The notes beneath the pieces were generated by a model, which made no database searches, was not told the DNA's origin, and worked only from the letters and a program-made list of their open reading frames with translations. A stretch of DNA of 64,000 bases from an uncultured Acidobacteriota bacterium. GTDB taxonomy: Bacteria; Acidobacteriota; Vicinamibacteria; Vicinamibacterales; UBA8438. Shown piece after piece: positions 9,933 through 20,176 of the stretch (the first letter of the stretch is position 1; every line of letters begins with the position of its first letter). The stretch is taken from the NCBI GenBank assembly GCA_913043225.1, contig CAJWLU010000012.1:1-64000 (forward strand), given 5' to 3'. Both the position numbers and the translations under genes were made by a program.

Positions 9933-10991
9933 TCATTCGTAGTTCCCGAAATGAGCCCAAGGTTCGGGTAGCGGCTGGTCTCCTGCACTACTGCGGAGGA
10001 TTAGCTCGCGTTCCCTGGTGAGCTCACCGATCCGTGTCATCGGCACCCCGTGGGTCAGGCGGCGGATGGTGTGGAAGCGTCGTCGGAATGCGCGGGGTAC
10101 CGAGACCAGTAGTTCGTAGTCGTCACCGCCTGCCACCGCGGCCGCGATTGGATCAGCGCCTTGCTGTTCGAACCAGGCTCGCGCGCCGGGATCAATCGGG
10201 ATGGCCTCGCTGTCGATGACGGCACCGGTGGCGGAGGCAGCTGCGATCTGGCGGATGCCGTCCGACAGACCGTCGCTCAGGTCGACGGCCGCGCGCACGG
10301 ATCGATTTCTCCCAAGCAGCGTGCCGACCCGCACCCGGGCCTCGGGGCGACGGTAGCGCGAGACACATGCCTCGATAAATCTGTCGCCGGGAGTAGCTTG
10401 CCCGGTTCGCAGCCAGCCCAGGCCGGCCGCTGCGGCGCCAAGCGCACCGGTCACCCAAAGCTCATCGTCCGGCCGACCTGAATCGCGGGTGAGCACCCGT
10501 CGACGCCGCACGGTGCCCATGGCGGTGATACCGACGACCAAGGGGCCCGGCGAGCGAGTGATGTTACCGCCTACCAGGGCTATGTCGTAGCGTCCGGCCA
10601 AGCCTAGCAGGCCGTCGAGTAGATCGTCGATGTCGGCGGCGGGCAGGGGCGGCGGTAGCACCAGTGACAACAGCGCGGCCCGCGGCGAGGCGCCCATGGC
10701 AGCCAGGTCGCTCAGATTTACCGCGAGGGCCCGATACCCGAGGTCGGTGGCCGAGACGAAGGAGCGGTGAAAGTGGATGCCTTCGACCAGTGTGTCGGTG
10801 GTGACGACGTCGAGCGTGCCCCGGGCAGGTTCCACTACAGCGGCGTCGTCGCCGATGCTGACCGGCACCCAGCTGGGTGACTTGGGTACGCGGTGGCGGA
10901 TGCGGGCAATCAGGGCCGCCTCGCCGAGGTCGGCCACCGTGGCTCCGGGCGCGAGTGGGGGGAGCGCGGGCGTGAAGATGGGGTCGCTCAC
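9933..10991 (-). CDS. thiL: Thiamine-phosphate kinase
   Basis: GDDAA, NLSDLAAMG, DLSDGL, GGDDYELL. Confidence 0.95.
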   Translation of the reverse strand: MSDPIFTPALPPLAPGATVADLGEAALIARIRHRVPKSPSWVPVSIGDDAAVVEPARGTLDVVTTDTLVEGIHFHRSFVSATDLGYRALAVNLSDLAAMGASPRAALLSLVLPPPLPAADIDDLLDGLLGLAGRYDIALVGGNITRSPGPLVVGITAMGTVRRRRVLTRDSGRPDDELWVTGALGAAAAGLGWLRTGQATPGDRFIEACVSRYRRPEARVRVGTLLGRNRSVRAAVDLSDGLSDGIRQIAAASATGAVIDSEAIPIDPGARAWFEQQGADPIAAAVAGGDDYELLVSVPRAFRRRFHTIRRLTHGVPMTRIGELTRERELILRSSAGDQPLPEPWAHFGNYE

Positions 10992-11001
10992 CGGTTCGTC
11001 G

Positions 11002-12567
11002 TTATCTCGCGTAGTCCACGGCGCGCGTCTCCCGGATCACCGTGACCTTGATCTGACCGGGATACTGAAGCTCGTGCTCGACCCGCTTGGCGATATCCTT
11101 CGAGAGCCAGACAGCCTCTTCGTCGCTGACCTTCTCGCTCTCGACCATGATCCGGACCTCGCGGCCCGCCTGTAGTGCGAATGACTTCGACACCCCGTCG
11201 AACGAATCGGCGATGCCCTCGAGTTGTTCCAGACGCTTGATATACGACTCGAGGATGTCGCGGCGTGCTCCCGGACGCGCGGCAGAAATGGCGTCGGCGG
11301 CTTGGACCAACATCGACTCGAGCGACGGCCAGTCGATGTCCATGTGATGTGCGGCCATGGCGTCGATCACGGCTTCGCTCTCGCCGTGCTGGCGCAGGAA
11401 GTCGATTCCCAGGGTCAGATGGGTGCCCTGGAGATCGCGGTCTATCGCCTTACCGATGTCGTGGACGAATGCGCCCCGGATGGTGGTGTGGGCGTCGAGA
11501 CCGACCTCTTTTGCCATGATGCCGGCGAGGTAGGCCACCTCCTTGGAGTGATTGAGCACGTTCTGGCCGTAGCTGGTTCGGAACTTCAAGCGCCCCATCA
11601 ACTTGTGGATCTCCGGGTGCATGTCGAAGAGCCCCAGCTCGAAGGCGGCCGCCTCGCCCTCTTTCTGCACATGTTCGTCTAGTTCGACCTTGACCTTTTC
11701 CACCACTTCTTCGATGCGTGCCGGGTGGATGCGCCCGTCCCCGACCAGTCGCTCGATGGACTGCTTGGCAATCTCGCGCCGGAACGGGTCGAAGCTCGAC
11801 AGGATGATGGCGCCGGGCGTGTCGTCGACGATCAGCTCGACTCCGGTCGCCTGTTCCAGGGCGCGGATGTTCCGACCTTCACGGCCGATGATCCGCCCCT
11901 TGAGGTCGTCGCTCGGCAGGTCTACTACCGAGACGGTCGTTTCGATGGTGTGTTCAGGTGCGCTCCGCTGGATAGCCTGGGTGACGATCTGCTTGGCTTT
12001 TTCGGTGGCCGTCTCCCGCGCCTCGGCCTCGAGCCGCTTCACCAGGTTGGCGGCATCTCGACGCGCGTCTTGCTCGATCTGCTTGATGATGAGTTCTTTG
12101 GCCTCGTCGGCAGTCAGGCCGGAGACTCGTTGCAGCGCCTGGCGCTGCTCGCGTGACAGCTCTTCGCAGCGGGTCAGCTCCGCGGCGAGCTGCTGCTCTT
12201 GTTCGGACAGTCGCTGCTCGCGGGCGGCCAGCTTGGCGTCTGTTTCGCGGCTCCGCTGATCGTGCGTCTTGAGTTCTTCGGTCCGCTGTGTCAGCTGCCG
12301 GTCGATTGAGGCTAGCTCGTCGCGTCGCTTGGTGGCCTGCCGCTCGCTGTCCTGGAGCAGGGCGTGCGCTTGTTCCTTGACCGACAGCTCCGCTTCCTTG
12401 CGGGTGGTCTCGGCGTCTCTGGTGGCTTCGCGCACCAGTCGTTCCGCTTCTTCCCGAGCGCGGCTGACGGTTTTGGCCGCAAGTCGCTTTTGTGTTGCGA
12501 GCCATACCACGAAGATCACGGCGACAGCCACGAAGGCGGCTGTTCCTCCGAGGATGAAGAAGTCCAT
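11002..12567 (-). CDS. rny: Ribonuclease Y
   Basis: N-terminal TM, coiled coil, KH GRIIGREGRNIR, HD motif HDIGK, ADAISAARPGAR. Confidence 0.98.
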   Translation of the reverse strand: MDFFILGGTAAFVAVAVIFVVWLATQKRLAAKTVSRAREEAERLVREATRDAETTRKEAELSVKEQAHALLQDSERQATKRRDELASIDRQLTQRTEELKTHDQRSRETDAKLAAREQRLSEQEQQLAAELTRCEELSREQRQALQRVSGLTADEAKELIIKQIEQDARRDAANLVKRLEAEARETATEKAKQIVTQAIQRSAPEHTIETTVSVVDLPSDDLKGRIIGREGRNIRALEQATGVELIVDDTPGAIILSSFDPFRREIAKQSIERLVGDGRIHPARIEEVVEKVKVELDEHVQKEGEAAAFELGLFDMHPEIHKLMGRLKFRTSYGQNVLNHSKEVAYLAGIMAKEVGLDAHTTIRGAFVHDIGKAIDRDLQGTHLTLGIDFLRQHGESEAVIDAMAAHHMDIDWPSLESMLVQAADAISAARPGARRDILESYIKRLEQLEGIADSFDGVSKSFALQAGREVRIMVESEKVSDEEAVWLSKDIAKRVEHELQYPGQIKVTVIRETRAVDYAR

Positions 12568-12721
12568 GCGTGTTCCTTTCGGAACCCGCGGCCGGTGCCG
12601 GGGCTCGGCGTGCGGCGACGGAAAACCCCGAGGCGAAGGCCACCCTCGACGGGTGGCGTCGTCGCGGTGACCCGTCAGTGACGAGTTGCCTGGCGGCGAC
12701 GCCAGAGGAGGGAGGGCAAAA

Positions 12722-12908
12722 GACCCCGCATTTGCCGTGTGGGGAGGTCGGATGAACCTGCTGAAGCAGGTGGAGCCGCTCTAGATATAACCAGTTTCGC
12801 TTCAGGCTACCTCACGCGGAGGCGTGCACACCACGAAACGTCGCGGCTCACTTAGGGTTAGCGTTGGCTCAACCGAGCCTCCGAGACCATCACGCACACT
12901 GCAGGGAA
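12722..12908 (-). ncRNA. ssrS: 6S RNA
   Basis: Between zapA and rny; 5' CCCTGCAGTGTGCGTG pairs with 3' CACGGCAAATGCGGGG; conserved TGAGCC and GGTTCA elements; about 187 nt. Confidence 0.85.
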
Positions 12909-12996
12909 CCTATCAATTACACGGCCGCTAACTGCCAGCCCTTTCATACGGCAGCCCATGGCTGCCCATCGTCCGTCTCCGCGTTTTTCCTCACTC

Positions 12997-13025
12997 ATGT
13001 TAGACCGAAGTCTGGAGTGGGGCAA
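12997..13025 (-). promoter_or_regulatory. Sigma70-type promoter for 6S RNA/rny
   Basis: TTGCCC-N17-TAACAT on minus strand. Confidence 0.6.
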
Positions 13026-13071
13026 GTCACGGCGAGAGGGACGGTTAGGCGGATAATCGGCGTTGCAGGGC

Positions 13072-13374
13072 TCAGCTTGAGGAGTCGAGGACGCGGTCGA
13101 TCATCTCCTCGATTTCGGTGGTCCGCTGGCGCAGGCTGTCGCCTAGCGTGCTCTTGGTGTCGCAGGAACGAAAGTACTCGTCGGCGATGTTCAGCGCGGC
13201 CAGCACCGCGATGCGGACGGCGTCGCCGCCGGTCGAGTGGTCGCTGGCCGATTGGATCTTCTGGTCGACGTAGCTGGCCAGTTCGGTGATGTACTCGATA
13301 TCGAGGGAGCTCTTGATCGGGTAGCGCTGACCCATGATCTCGACGGTCACGACCTGCGACGAGTCCTCGGTCAC
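13072..13374 (-). CDS. zapA: Cell division protein ZapA
   Basis: V(E)IMGQRY...LASYVDQKI...IAVLAALNIADE. Confidence 0.93.
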   Translation of the reverse strand: MTEDSSQVVTVEIMGQRYPIKSSLDIEYITELASYVDQKIQSASDHSTGGDAVRIAVLAALNIADEYFRSCDTKSTLGDSLRQRTTEIEEMIDRVLDSSS

Positions 13375-13383
13375 GGAAGGAAC

Positions 13384-13659
13384 CTAGAGACTGAGGCCTT
13401 CGAGTTGGTCCAGCATTTCGGTGACCCGGGTCCGGATCTGGTCCCGCTCGACCTGGAGCGCCTGGGCCTGGGCGCTCTGGTTCTCGGCGGTAGCTAACTG
13501 CTCGCGCAGAGCGTCCACCTCCCGCGACAGGCGCGCGTTGTCCTCGGCCGTACGCGCCAGTTCGGTGCGCGTGCGTTCCAGCACACCCACCATCGACTGG
13601 ATCTTGTCAGAGAGACGGTCGAGTGGTTCGAGATTGACGGCTGGTGTCGGCTTCGTCAT
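13384..13659 (-). CDS. zapB: ZapB-like coiled-coil cell division protein
   Basis: Short all-coiled-coil ORF directly upstream of zapA. Confidence 0.7.
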   Translation of the reverse strand: MTKPTPAVNLEPLDRLSDKIQSMVGVLERTRTELARTAEDNARLSREVDALREQLATAENQSAQAQALQVERDQIRTRVTEMLDQLEGLSL

Positions 13660-13672
13660 ACGAGTCCTCGCG

Positions 13673-15787
13673 TTACCGCAACGCGGCCTGATGTGTGGCG
13701 GCCAGCGCCTGCACCAAGTCGTCGGTCGCCGTCTGCACCTCGGGGTCGGTCAGCGTGCGGTCAGGAGCCCGAAAAGTCAAGCGGATCGAGAGGCTTACTG
13801 CCCCGCTAGCGACGCCCTTCCCCTGGTACCGATCGACCTCCTGGATGTCGATTAGGTATGGCCCCCCCGCGGCCCGAATGGTGTCACGAACCTCGGCGGC
13901 GGGCAAGGCGTCGTCGATCTCAAGCGAGAGGTCTCTGGTGATCGACGGGTAGCGCGGTACCGGCGCCGCCTGCATCCGGTCGAACACATCCATGTCGAGG
14001 CATCGCAGATCTAGCTCAGCAACATACACGGCGCCTTGACCCGGCAGTCCGCGGGCGGTTGCCAGCGTGGGATCGAGCTGTCCGGTGAGCCCGAAGGGGC
14101 GGGTCTCGCCGTTGACATCGATCAGCACGCGAGCTGTCCGTCCGACCACCATCGCCGGCGCTGTCTCCGGCTCTAGCCGCACGGCGCCGCCGAAGCCGGC
14201 GGCGACGCGCGCTATCACGCCCGAGAGATCGAATAGGTCGCCTTCGTGTTGGATGTTGCTCCAGTGTAGCGGGGTCGCGCTTCCGGTCACGACCAGCCCT
14301 AGCGCTGGGGTTTCTCCCGCCGACTGTCGAAAGCGGCTGCCCAGCTCGAACAGGCGGATGTCCTGTTGTTCCCGCCGGCGGTTGTGGATGAGCGAGTCGA
14401 CCAGACCCGGCACGAGCGAGGGGCGCAGCACGGCACCCAGCTCGGAGAGCGGATTGGCCAGCGCGACGATGTCGTCGGCGTCTGGCTGCACCGCCAGGGC
14501 CGCGTCGCGTTCGATGAAGCCGTAGGTGATCGCCTCAGTGAAGCCGCAGCCGGTCAGTAGCCGGCGGACGAGGCGGTCGCGTCTCAGCCAGGGCGCCGCA
14601 GGGGCGGCGGGCCGGGTTAGGGACGGGAACGTGGTGGGCAGTCGGTCGTATCCGTGGTGGCGGGCCACCTCTTCGATAAGGTCTTCCTCACGGTTCACGT
14701 CCACGCGGAAGGTGGGCACCGTCACCAGCCACGACATGCCTGCGCCGTTGTCCGCGGTTGGTTCGGCGGTGAAGCCGAGGCGAGCCAGCGTGGGGGCGAC
14801 GAAGTCTTCCTCGATCGTCTGGCCCATCACGCGTCCGATCCGGCCGTGCCGCAGCGAGACCACCTTGGGCGAAACGGGCGCCGGGTGGCAGTCGATGAGC
14901 GGTCCCCGTGGTTGCCCGGCGCCGAGGTCCCGAAGGAGCTGCCACGCCCGCCGGACGGCCCGGACCGGAGCTTCGGGGTCGGCCCCGCGCTCGAACCGGT
15001 AGGAGGCGTCGGTCGACAGCGTTAGCTGCTTGTTGGTGCGACGCACCGAGATGGGGTCGAAGTACGCCGCTTCCAGCAGGATGGTCCGTGTGGCGGCACT
15101 GACCTCGGACTCGGCTCCTCCCATGACCCCGGCTACTGCGACCGGTCGCTCGGCGTCGGCGATGGTCAGCATCTCGGTGGTCAGTGTGCGGTCTACTCCG
15201 TCGAGAGTGCGCACGGTCTCGCCAGCACGAGCGCGCCGGACCCGGATCTCTGGGCCGGCCAGCTTGGACAGGTCGAAGGCGTGCATCGGCTGGCCGAGTT
15301 CGAGCATCACGTAGTTGGTGACGTCGACCACGTTGTTGATGGGGCGAACGTCGGCCGCCTCCAGACGCGTGGTCAGCCACCGAGGCGAGGGGCCCACCTC
15401 GACGTTAGCGAGTGCCCCGACGTAGCGGGGACAGAGCGCGGTGTCCTCGTCCAGGATGGTGATGCTCACGGCTGGCTTGGCGTCCGGCGCCGGATCGTCG
15501 GCCAGGACCGGGTCGACCAGATCGGCGCCGTAGATGGCACCAACTTCCCGGGCGATGCCGAGGACCGACAGGCAGTCGGGACGGTTGGTCGTGATCTCGA
15601 GGTCGAGAATCGCGTCGTTCGCCGTGGACGGATCCTCTTCGCCGTCGGGTTCGGGCCAGGCCTCGATCGCGCCTACCTCGAACCCGCGCATCGTCAACGC
15701 GTCGGCAAGCGCACCGATGGTGGCCGGACCCTCAGGGGGGGGCGGGATGCGCACCAGCTCACGCAGCCACGAGACCGGGATTCTCAA
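13673..15787 (-). CDS. pheT: Phenylalanyl-tRNA synthetase beta subunit (short form)
   Basis: ITTNRPDCLS, NNVVDVTNYV, SYRFERG, C-terminal FDX-ACB domain; TTG start. Confidence 0.96.
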   Translation of the reverse strand: MRIPVSWLRELVRIPPPPEGPATIGALADALTMRGFEVGAIEAWPEPDGEEDPSTANDAILDLEITTNRPDCLSVLGIAREVGAIYGADLVDPVLADDPAPDAKPAVSITILDEDTALCPRYVGALANVEVGPSPRWLTTRLEAADVRPINNVVDVTNYVMLELGQPMHAFDLSKLAGPEIRVRRARAGETVRTLDGVDRTLTTEMLTIADAERPVAVAGVMGGAESEVSAATRTILLEAAYFDPISVRRTNKQLTLSTDASYRFERGADPEAPVRAVRRAWQLLRDLGAGQPRGPLIDCHPAPVSPKVVSLRHGRIGRVMGQTIEEDFVAPTLARLGFTAEPTADNGAGMSWLVTVPTFRVDVNREEDLIEEVARHHGYDRLPTTFPSLTRPAAPAAPWLRRDRLVRRLLTGCGFTEAITYGFIERDAALAVQPDADDIVALANPLSELGAVLRPSLVPGLVDSLIHNRRREQQDIRLFELGSRFRQSAGETPALGLVVTGSATPLHWSNIQHEGDLFDLSGVIARVAAGFGGAVRLEPETAPAMVVGRTARVLIDVNGETRPFGLTGQLDPTLATARGLPGQGAVYVAELDLRCLDMDVFDRMQAAPVPRYPSITRDLSLEIDDALPAAEVRDTIRAAGGPYLIDIQEVDRYQGKGVASGAVSLSIRLTFRAPDRTLTDPEVQTATDDLVQALAATHQAALR

Positions 15788-16845
15788 TGAGGAAACTGCT
15801 CCAGCAGCCGAAGATCGTTGTCATAGAACAGGCGGATGTCCTCCACCTGGTACTTAAGGAGTGCCACCCGATCGATACCGATGCCGAACGCCCAGCCGGT
15901 GTAGCGCTCGGGGTCGTAACCGACCTTTTCGAACAGCGCCGGGTGGACCATCCCGCATCCGAGGATCTCGAGCCAGCCGGTCTCCTTGCACACGGCGCAA
16001 CCGTCACCCTTGCAGAACACGCAGCTGATGAACACTTCAGCGCTGGGTTCGGTATAGGGGAAGAAGCTCGGACGGAACATGACTTGCGTGTCGGCGTCGA
16101 AGAACCGCTGAAGGAAGCTGACCAGCGTACCCTTGAGGTCCGCCATCGTCACGCCTTCGCCCACCAAGAGTCCCTCGACCTGTTGGAACATTGGCGAATG
16201 GGTCAGGTCGGGTGTGTCGCGACGATAGACGAGGCCGGGCGCGATGATCCGCACCGGCGGCTCGTGGATCTCCATGTAGCGGATCTGCATCCCCGAGGTG
16301 TGCGTGCGCAGCAGCGTCGCCGGCGGTGACCCCTCGACGCCCGTGCCACCTGGCATCTCACGCTCGAGATAGAACGTGTCTTGCATGTCGCGCGCCGGAT
16401 GATCCGGCGGCATGTTGAGCGCCTCGAAGTTGTGGTAGTCGTCCTCGACCTGCGGCCCCTGCAGGATCTCGAAGCCCATCGCCTCGAAAATGGTCTCGAC
16501 CGATTCCCGGATCGAGGTCAGGGGGTGGCGTTGTCCGAAGAGAAGTGGACGTCCGGGCAGCGTGACGTCGACCGCGCCGGCCGGGCGCGCCGTGGACGCG
16601 AGCGTCTCGCGCTGGGCGGTCAAAGCGGCGTCGATCTCCTGCTTTAGGAGATTCGCCGCCTTTCCCAGAGCGGGTCGGTCTTCGGGTGCCGCGCCGGCCA
16701 TCGACTTCATGAGCGCGACAACCGCCCCCTGTTTGCGGCCGAGGTAGCGGTCACGCACCGTCTGCAGATCCTGCTCGCTGGTCACCGCCTCGAGATCGGC
16801 GGTGAACGCGGCACGGATGCTGTCGATGTCGGCTGGGGCGCTCAT
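15784..16845 (-). CDS. pheS: Phenylalanyl-tRNA synthetase alpha subunit
   Basis: HPARDMQDTF, FRPSFFPYTEPS, GWLEILGCGMVHP. Confidence 0.98.
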   Translation of the reverse strand: MSAPADIDSIRAAFTADLEAVTSEQDLQTVRDRYLGRKQGAVVALMKSMAGAAPEDRPALGKAANLLKQEIDAALTAQRETLASTARPAGAVDVTLPGRPLLFGQRHPLTSIRESVETIFEAMGFEILQGPQVEDDYHNFEALNMPPDHPARDMQDTFYLEREMPGGTGVEGSPPATLLRTHTSGMQIRYMEIHEPPVRIIAPGLVYRRDTPDLTHSPMFQQVEGLLVGEGVTMADLKGTLVSFLQRFFDADTQVMFRPSFFPYTEPSAEVFISCVFCKGDGCAVCKETGWLEILGCGMVHPALFEKVGYDPERYTGWAFGIGIDRVALLKYQVEDIRLFYDNDLRLLEQFPH

Positions 16846-16920
16846 GGAATCGTGGGCGGCCGGGCCGCGGGCGTTGGAGAGGAAGCGCGTGGCGGCCACT
16901 ATCTGGTGGCCGCCGGTCGT

Positions 16921-17280
16921 CTAGGCAGCGCGGGCGTCTTTCGCCTGGCTGGCCAGGTGGGCGAACGCGGCAGGCTCGGTCGCGGCCAGGTCTGCGAGCT
17001 GCTTGCGGTCGACGGTGACCCCGGCTGCCGTGAGGCCATGAATGAACTGGCTGTAGCTGAGCCCGTGCTCGCGTGCGGCCGCGTTGATCCGCACGATCCA
17101 GAGCCGACGGAAATCGCGCTTTTTCAGGCGCCGACCGACATAGGCGTACTCGGCCGCCTTATCACCCGCCTCTTTGGCGGCGCGATATAGCTTGCTCTTG
17201 GTGGCGTAGAATCCTTTGGTGCGGGCCAGCAGCTTCTTGCGCTTGGCGCGCCGGACCGACCCGCGTTTAACTCGAGGCAT
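16921..17280 (-). CDS. rplT: 50S ribosomal protein L20
   Basis: MPRVKRG...[15 protein letters not shown]. Confidence 0.99.
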   Translation of the reverse strand: MPRVKRGSVRRAKRKKLLARTKGFYATKSKLYRAAKEAGDKAAEYAYVGRRLKKRDFRRLWIVRINAAAREHGLSYSQFIHGLTAAGVTVDRKQLADLAATEPAAFAHLASQAKDARAA

Positions 17281-17292
17281 GGTTCGAACTCC

Positions 17293-17490
17293 CTACCCGT
17301 TCGGCAGCAAGCGCTGCACTTTCTTCATGTCGGCCGCCGAGATCAGGTCCGACTTCCGCAGATTTCGTTTCCGCTTGGTTGTCTTGCTGGTCAGGATGTG
17401 CTGACTCAGTGACTTGCTCCGCTTGATCTTCCCACTGGCGGTGGCCTTGAACCGTTTGGCCGCGCCCCGGTGCGTCTTCATCTTCGGCAT
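17293..17490 (-). CDS. rpmI: 50S ribosomal protein L35
   Basis: [14 protein letters not shown]. Confidence 0.99.
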   Translation of the reverse strand: MPKMKTHRGAAKRFKATASGKIKRSKSLSQHILTSKTTKRKRNLRKSDLISAADMKKVQRLLPNG

Positions 17491-17492
17491 AT

Positions 17493-18053
17493 CTATCCCC
17501 CCTGTCCTTTCTTTCCGCCGCTGACGCCGGACAGGATGATGTGCATCTGATTTCCCATCATGCTGGGCCGCGTTTCGGCCACGGCAATGCCATCGAGGTC
17601 GTCCTCGAGCCGCTCCAGGATGCGTCGCCCGAAGTCGGGGTGGGCCATTTCACGGCCACGGAAGAAGATGGTGGCCTTCACCTTGTCGCCTTCCTTCACG
17701 ATCCGCTCGATGTGCTTCTTCTTGAAGTTGTAGTCGTGCTGGTCCACCTTGGGGCGGAACTTGATCTCCTTGAGTTCGATCGACTTCTGATTCTTGCGTG
17801 CCTCGCGGCTCCGCTTCTGCTCCTGATAGTGATACCGCCCGTAGTCCATGATCCGACAGACGGGCGGATTCGCCGTGGGTGAGATCTCGACCAGGTCGAG
17901 ACCTTTGTCCCGGGCGATGACGAGTGCCTGCTGGGGCGACATGATGCCGAGCTGCTCGCCCGTATCATCGATGACGCGGATCTCCCGCACGCGAATACGT
18001 TCGTTGGTGCGAGTGCGAACCTCGCGTCGTGGTCCTCGGACGAAAGCCGTAAT
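17493..18053 (-). CDS. infC: Translation initiation factor IF-3 (ATT start)
   Basis: Frame extends upstream through RTNERIRV to ATT at 18053 after a G-rich SD-like run; [23 protein letters not shown]. Confidence 0.95.
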   Translation of the reverse strand: MTAFVRGPRREVRTRTNERIRVREIRVIDDTGEQLGIMSPQQALVIARDKGLDLVEISPTANPPVCRIMDYGRYHYQEQKRSREARKNQKSIELKEIKFRPKVDQHDYNFKKKHIERIVKEGDKVKATIFFRGREMAHPDFGRRILERLEDDLDGIAVAETRPSMMGNQMHIILSGVSGGKKGQGG

Positions 18054-18094
18054 GTCCCCCCTTTGAAAGAGTCCCCAGCGGGTTGTTTGCCGCT

Positions 18095-20005
18095 CTACCG
18101 TCGGTACGCGACGTCCTCGCGAGCTGTGGCGATGAAATCGTCGACCGAACGTGCTCCAAGATCCCCATCGGCACGATGTCGCACAGCGACTGCCTCATTG
18201 GCAGCCTCGCGGTCGCCGATGACCAGCATGTACGGGATCTTGCGCAATTGCGCTTCGCGGATCTTATACCCCATTTTCTCCTGCCGGGCATCCACTTCGA
18301 CCCGCAGGCCGGCGTCGCGCATGCGGACGGCTATCGCGTCGGCATACTCGACGTGGCGATCGGCAATCGGCACCAGTAGCGCCTGCACCGGCGCCAGCCA
18401 CATCGGGAACGCGCCGGCGAAATGCTCGATCAGGAGCGCGATGAACCGCTCGAAGCTGCCGAAGATGGCCCGGTGAATCACGACGGGACGATGCTCGGCG
18501 TTGTCGGCGCCAATGTACTTTAGCTGGAACCGCTCCGGGAGCTGGTAGTCGAGCTGAATGGTCGCACATTGCCAGTTTCGACCGATGGCGTCGACCACGT
18601 GGAAGTCGATCTTCGGGCCGTAGAAGTTGCCCTCGCCTTCGGCGATGCGATAGGCCTGACCGGCCGCGTCGAGCGCCTGCTTGAGCTGCGCCTCAGCCTG
18701 GTCCCAGGTCTCGGCGTTTCCCAGGAAGGTCTCGGGTCGGGTCGAGAGCTCGACCGAAAAATCGAGCTTGAAGTCGGCGTAGACCCCCTGCACCAGACGG
18801 AGCAGCTGTTCGACCTCGTCGCCGATTTGGCCCTGGGTGACGAAGCAGTGGGCGTCGTCCTGACAGAATTGCCGCGCCCGGGTCAGTCCGGCCAGCACGC
18901 CCGACGCCTCGTCGCGGTGCAGCACGCTCTGGTCGTGGAACCGGAGCGGGAGGTCTCGGTAGCTCCGGGTCTCGCTGGCGAACACCAGCATGTGCCCGGG
19001 GCAGTTCATCGGCTTCAGGCTGTAGGTTTCTCCCTCCGATTCGAGCAGCAGCATGTTCTCCGCATAGTGTTCCCAGTGTCCGGAGGTTTCCCAGAGCTGT
19101 TTGTTGTAGACCAACGGCGTTCGCAGCTCGACATACCCGGCCGGAAACAGCATCGATCGCATGTAGTCGGCCAGGATGTTCCATAGCGTGGTGCCGTGGG
19201 CCAGCCAGAACGCGGCGCCGGGTGCCCATTGGTGGAATGTGAACAGCCGGAGATCCTTGCCGAGCTTCCGGTGGTCGCGTTTCTTGGCCTCCTCCAGCCG
19301 GTGGAGGTGCTCTTTCAGCTCTTTGTTGTTGAAGAACGCCGTGCCGTAGATCCGCTGCATTGGCTGGTTCTTCGCGTCGCCCTTCCAGTACGCGGCCGAG
19401 TTGTTCAGTACCTTGAACGCCTTGAGCGTGCCGGTCGAGGGCACATGGGGGCCGGTGCAGAAGTCGATGAAGGCGTCCTCGATCGTGTAGCAGGAGACGA
19501 CTGGACCACCCTTTTCTTCGATCAGCTGAACCTTTAGCGGCTCGCCCCGGTCGGCGAAATACTGCTTCGCCTCTTCCTTGGACAGCATCTTCCGCTCGTA
19601 GGCGAGGTTCTGCGACGCCAGCTCTTTCATCTTGGCCTCGATCGCCTCGAGGTCCTCCGGCACGAACGGCCGGTCCACGATGAAGTCGTAGAAGAAGCCG
19701 TCGTCGGTGGGCGGGCCGATGCCGCACTGTGCCTCCGGGAACAGAGCGGTGACCGCCGCCGCCAGCAGATGCGCGGTGCTATGCCGATAGAGCTCGAGTG
19801 CGACGTCCGAATCCTTGGTGATGATGCGGACCGACGCGTCGGCGTCGAGCGGATGGGTCAGATCCACGACCTGGTCGTCGACCGTAGCGGCCAGCGCTGC
19901 CTTGGCCAAGCGCGGCGAGATGTCTTCGGCCACCTGGAGCACGGGCGCCCCGGTCGGCACATGTCGGGTAGACCCATCGGGCAGGGTGACGGTGACTTGA
20001 TCCAT
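18095..20005 (-). CDS. thrS: Threonyl-tRNA synthetase
   Basis: TGS domain, HSTAH, DFCTGPH, KPMNCPGH, FYGPKID, IHRAIFGSFERF. Confidence 0.98.
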   Translation of the reverse strand: MDQVTVTLPDGSTRHVPTGAPVLQVAEDISPRLAKAALAATVDDQVVDLTHPLDADASVRIITKDSDVALELYRHSTAHLLAAAVTALFPEAQCGIGPPTDDGFFYDFIVDRPFVPEDLEAIEAKMKELASQNLAYERKMLSKEEAKQYFADRGEPLKVQLIEEKGGPVVSCYTIEDAFIDFCTGPHVPSTGTLKAFKVLNNSAAYWKGDAKNQPMQRIYGTAFFNNKELKEHLHRLEEAKKRDHRKLGKDLRLFTFHQWAPGAAFWLAHGTTLWNILADYMRSMLFPAGYVELRTPLVYNKQLWETSGHWEHYAENMLLLESEGETYSLKPMNCPGHMLVFASETRSYRDLPLRFHDQSVLHRDEASGVLAGLTRARQFCQDDAHCFVTQGQIGDEVEQLLRLVQGVYADFKLDFSVELSTRPETFLGNAETWDQAEAQLKQALDAAGQAYRIAEGEGNFYGPKIDFHVVDAIGRNWQCATIQLDYQLPERFQLKYIGADNAEHRPVVIHRAIFGSFERFIALLIEHFAGAFPMWLAPVQALLVPIADRHVEYADAIAVRMRDAGLRVEVDARQEKMGYKIREAQLRKIPYMLVIGDREAANEAVAVRHRADGDLGARSVDDFIATAREDVAYRR

Positions 20006-20020
20006 TTGAAGCGGTGGGAT

Positions 20021-20098
20021 TGGTAGGCACGGGCGGACTCGAACCGCCGACCTCCTGCGTGTCAAGCAGGCGCTCTAACCAGTCTGAGCTACGCGCCT
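20021..20098 (-). tRNA. tRNA-Val(GAC)
   Basis: Cloverleaf AGGCGCG...CGTGCCT-ACCA; anticodon arm CCTGC-TT-GAC-AC-GCAGG; GTTCGA. Confidence 0.97.
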
Positions 20099-20176
20099 AA
20101 ATCTCCATAGGGCAAGGTGTTCGTTCTCCCCCTCCCAGGCTCTAGTCGTCGGCTGTACCGACGGACCCAACCTAAA

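Noticed and set aside
9748..11001. TPP riboswitch near thiL
   Set aside because: No TPP aptamer seen; thiL follows rny after 10 nt.
18693..19727. 344-aa alternative-frame ORF in thrS, and similar long shadow ORFs elsewhere
   Set aside because: Expected from high GC3 codon bias; R/P/G-rich with no motifs.
20006..20065. Extended thrS N-terminus in the ORF track
   Set aside because: Overlaps tRNA-Val; the TGS domain starts at ATG 20005.
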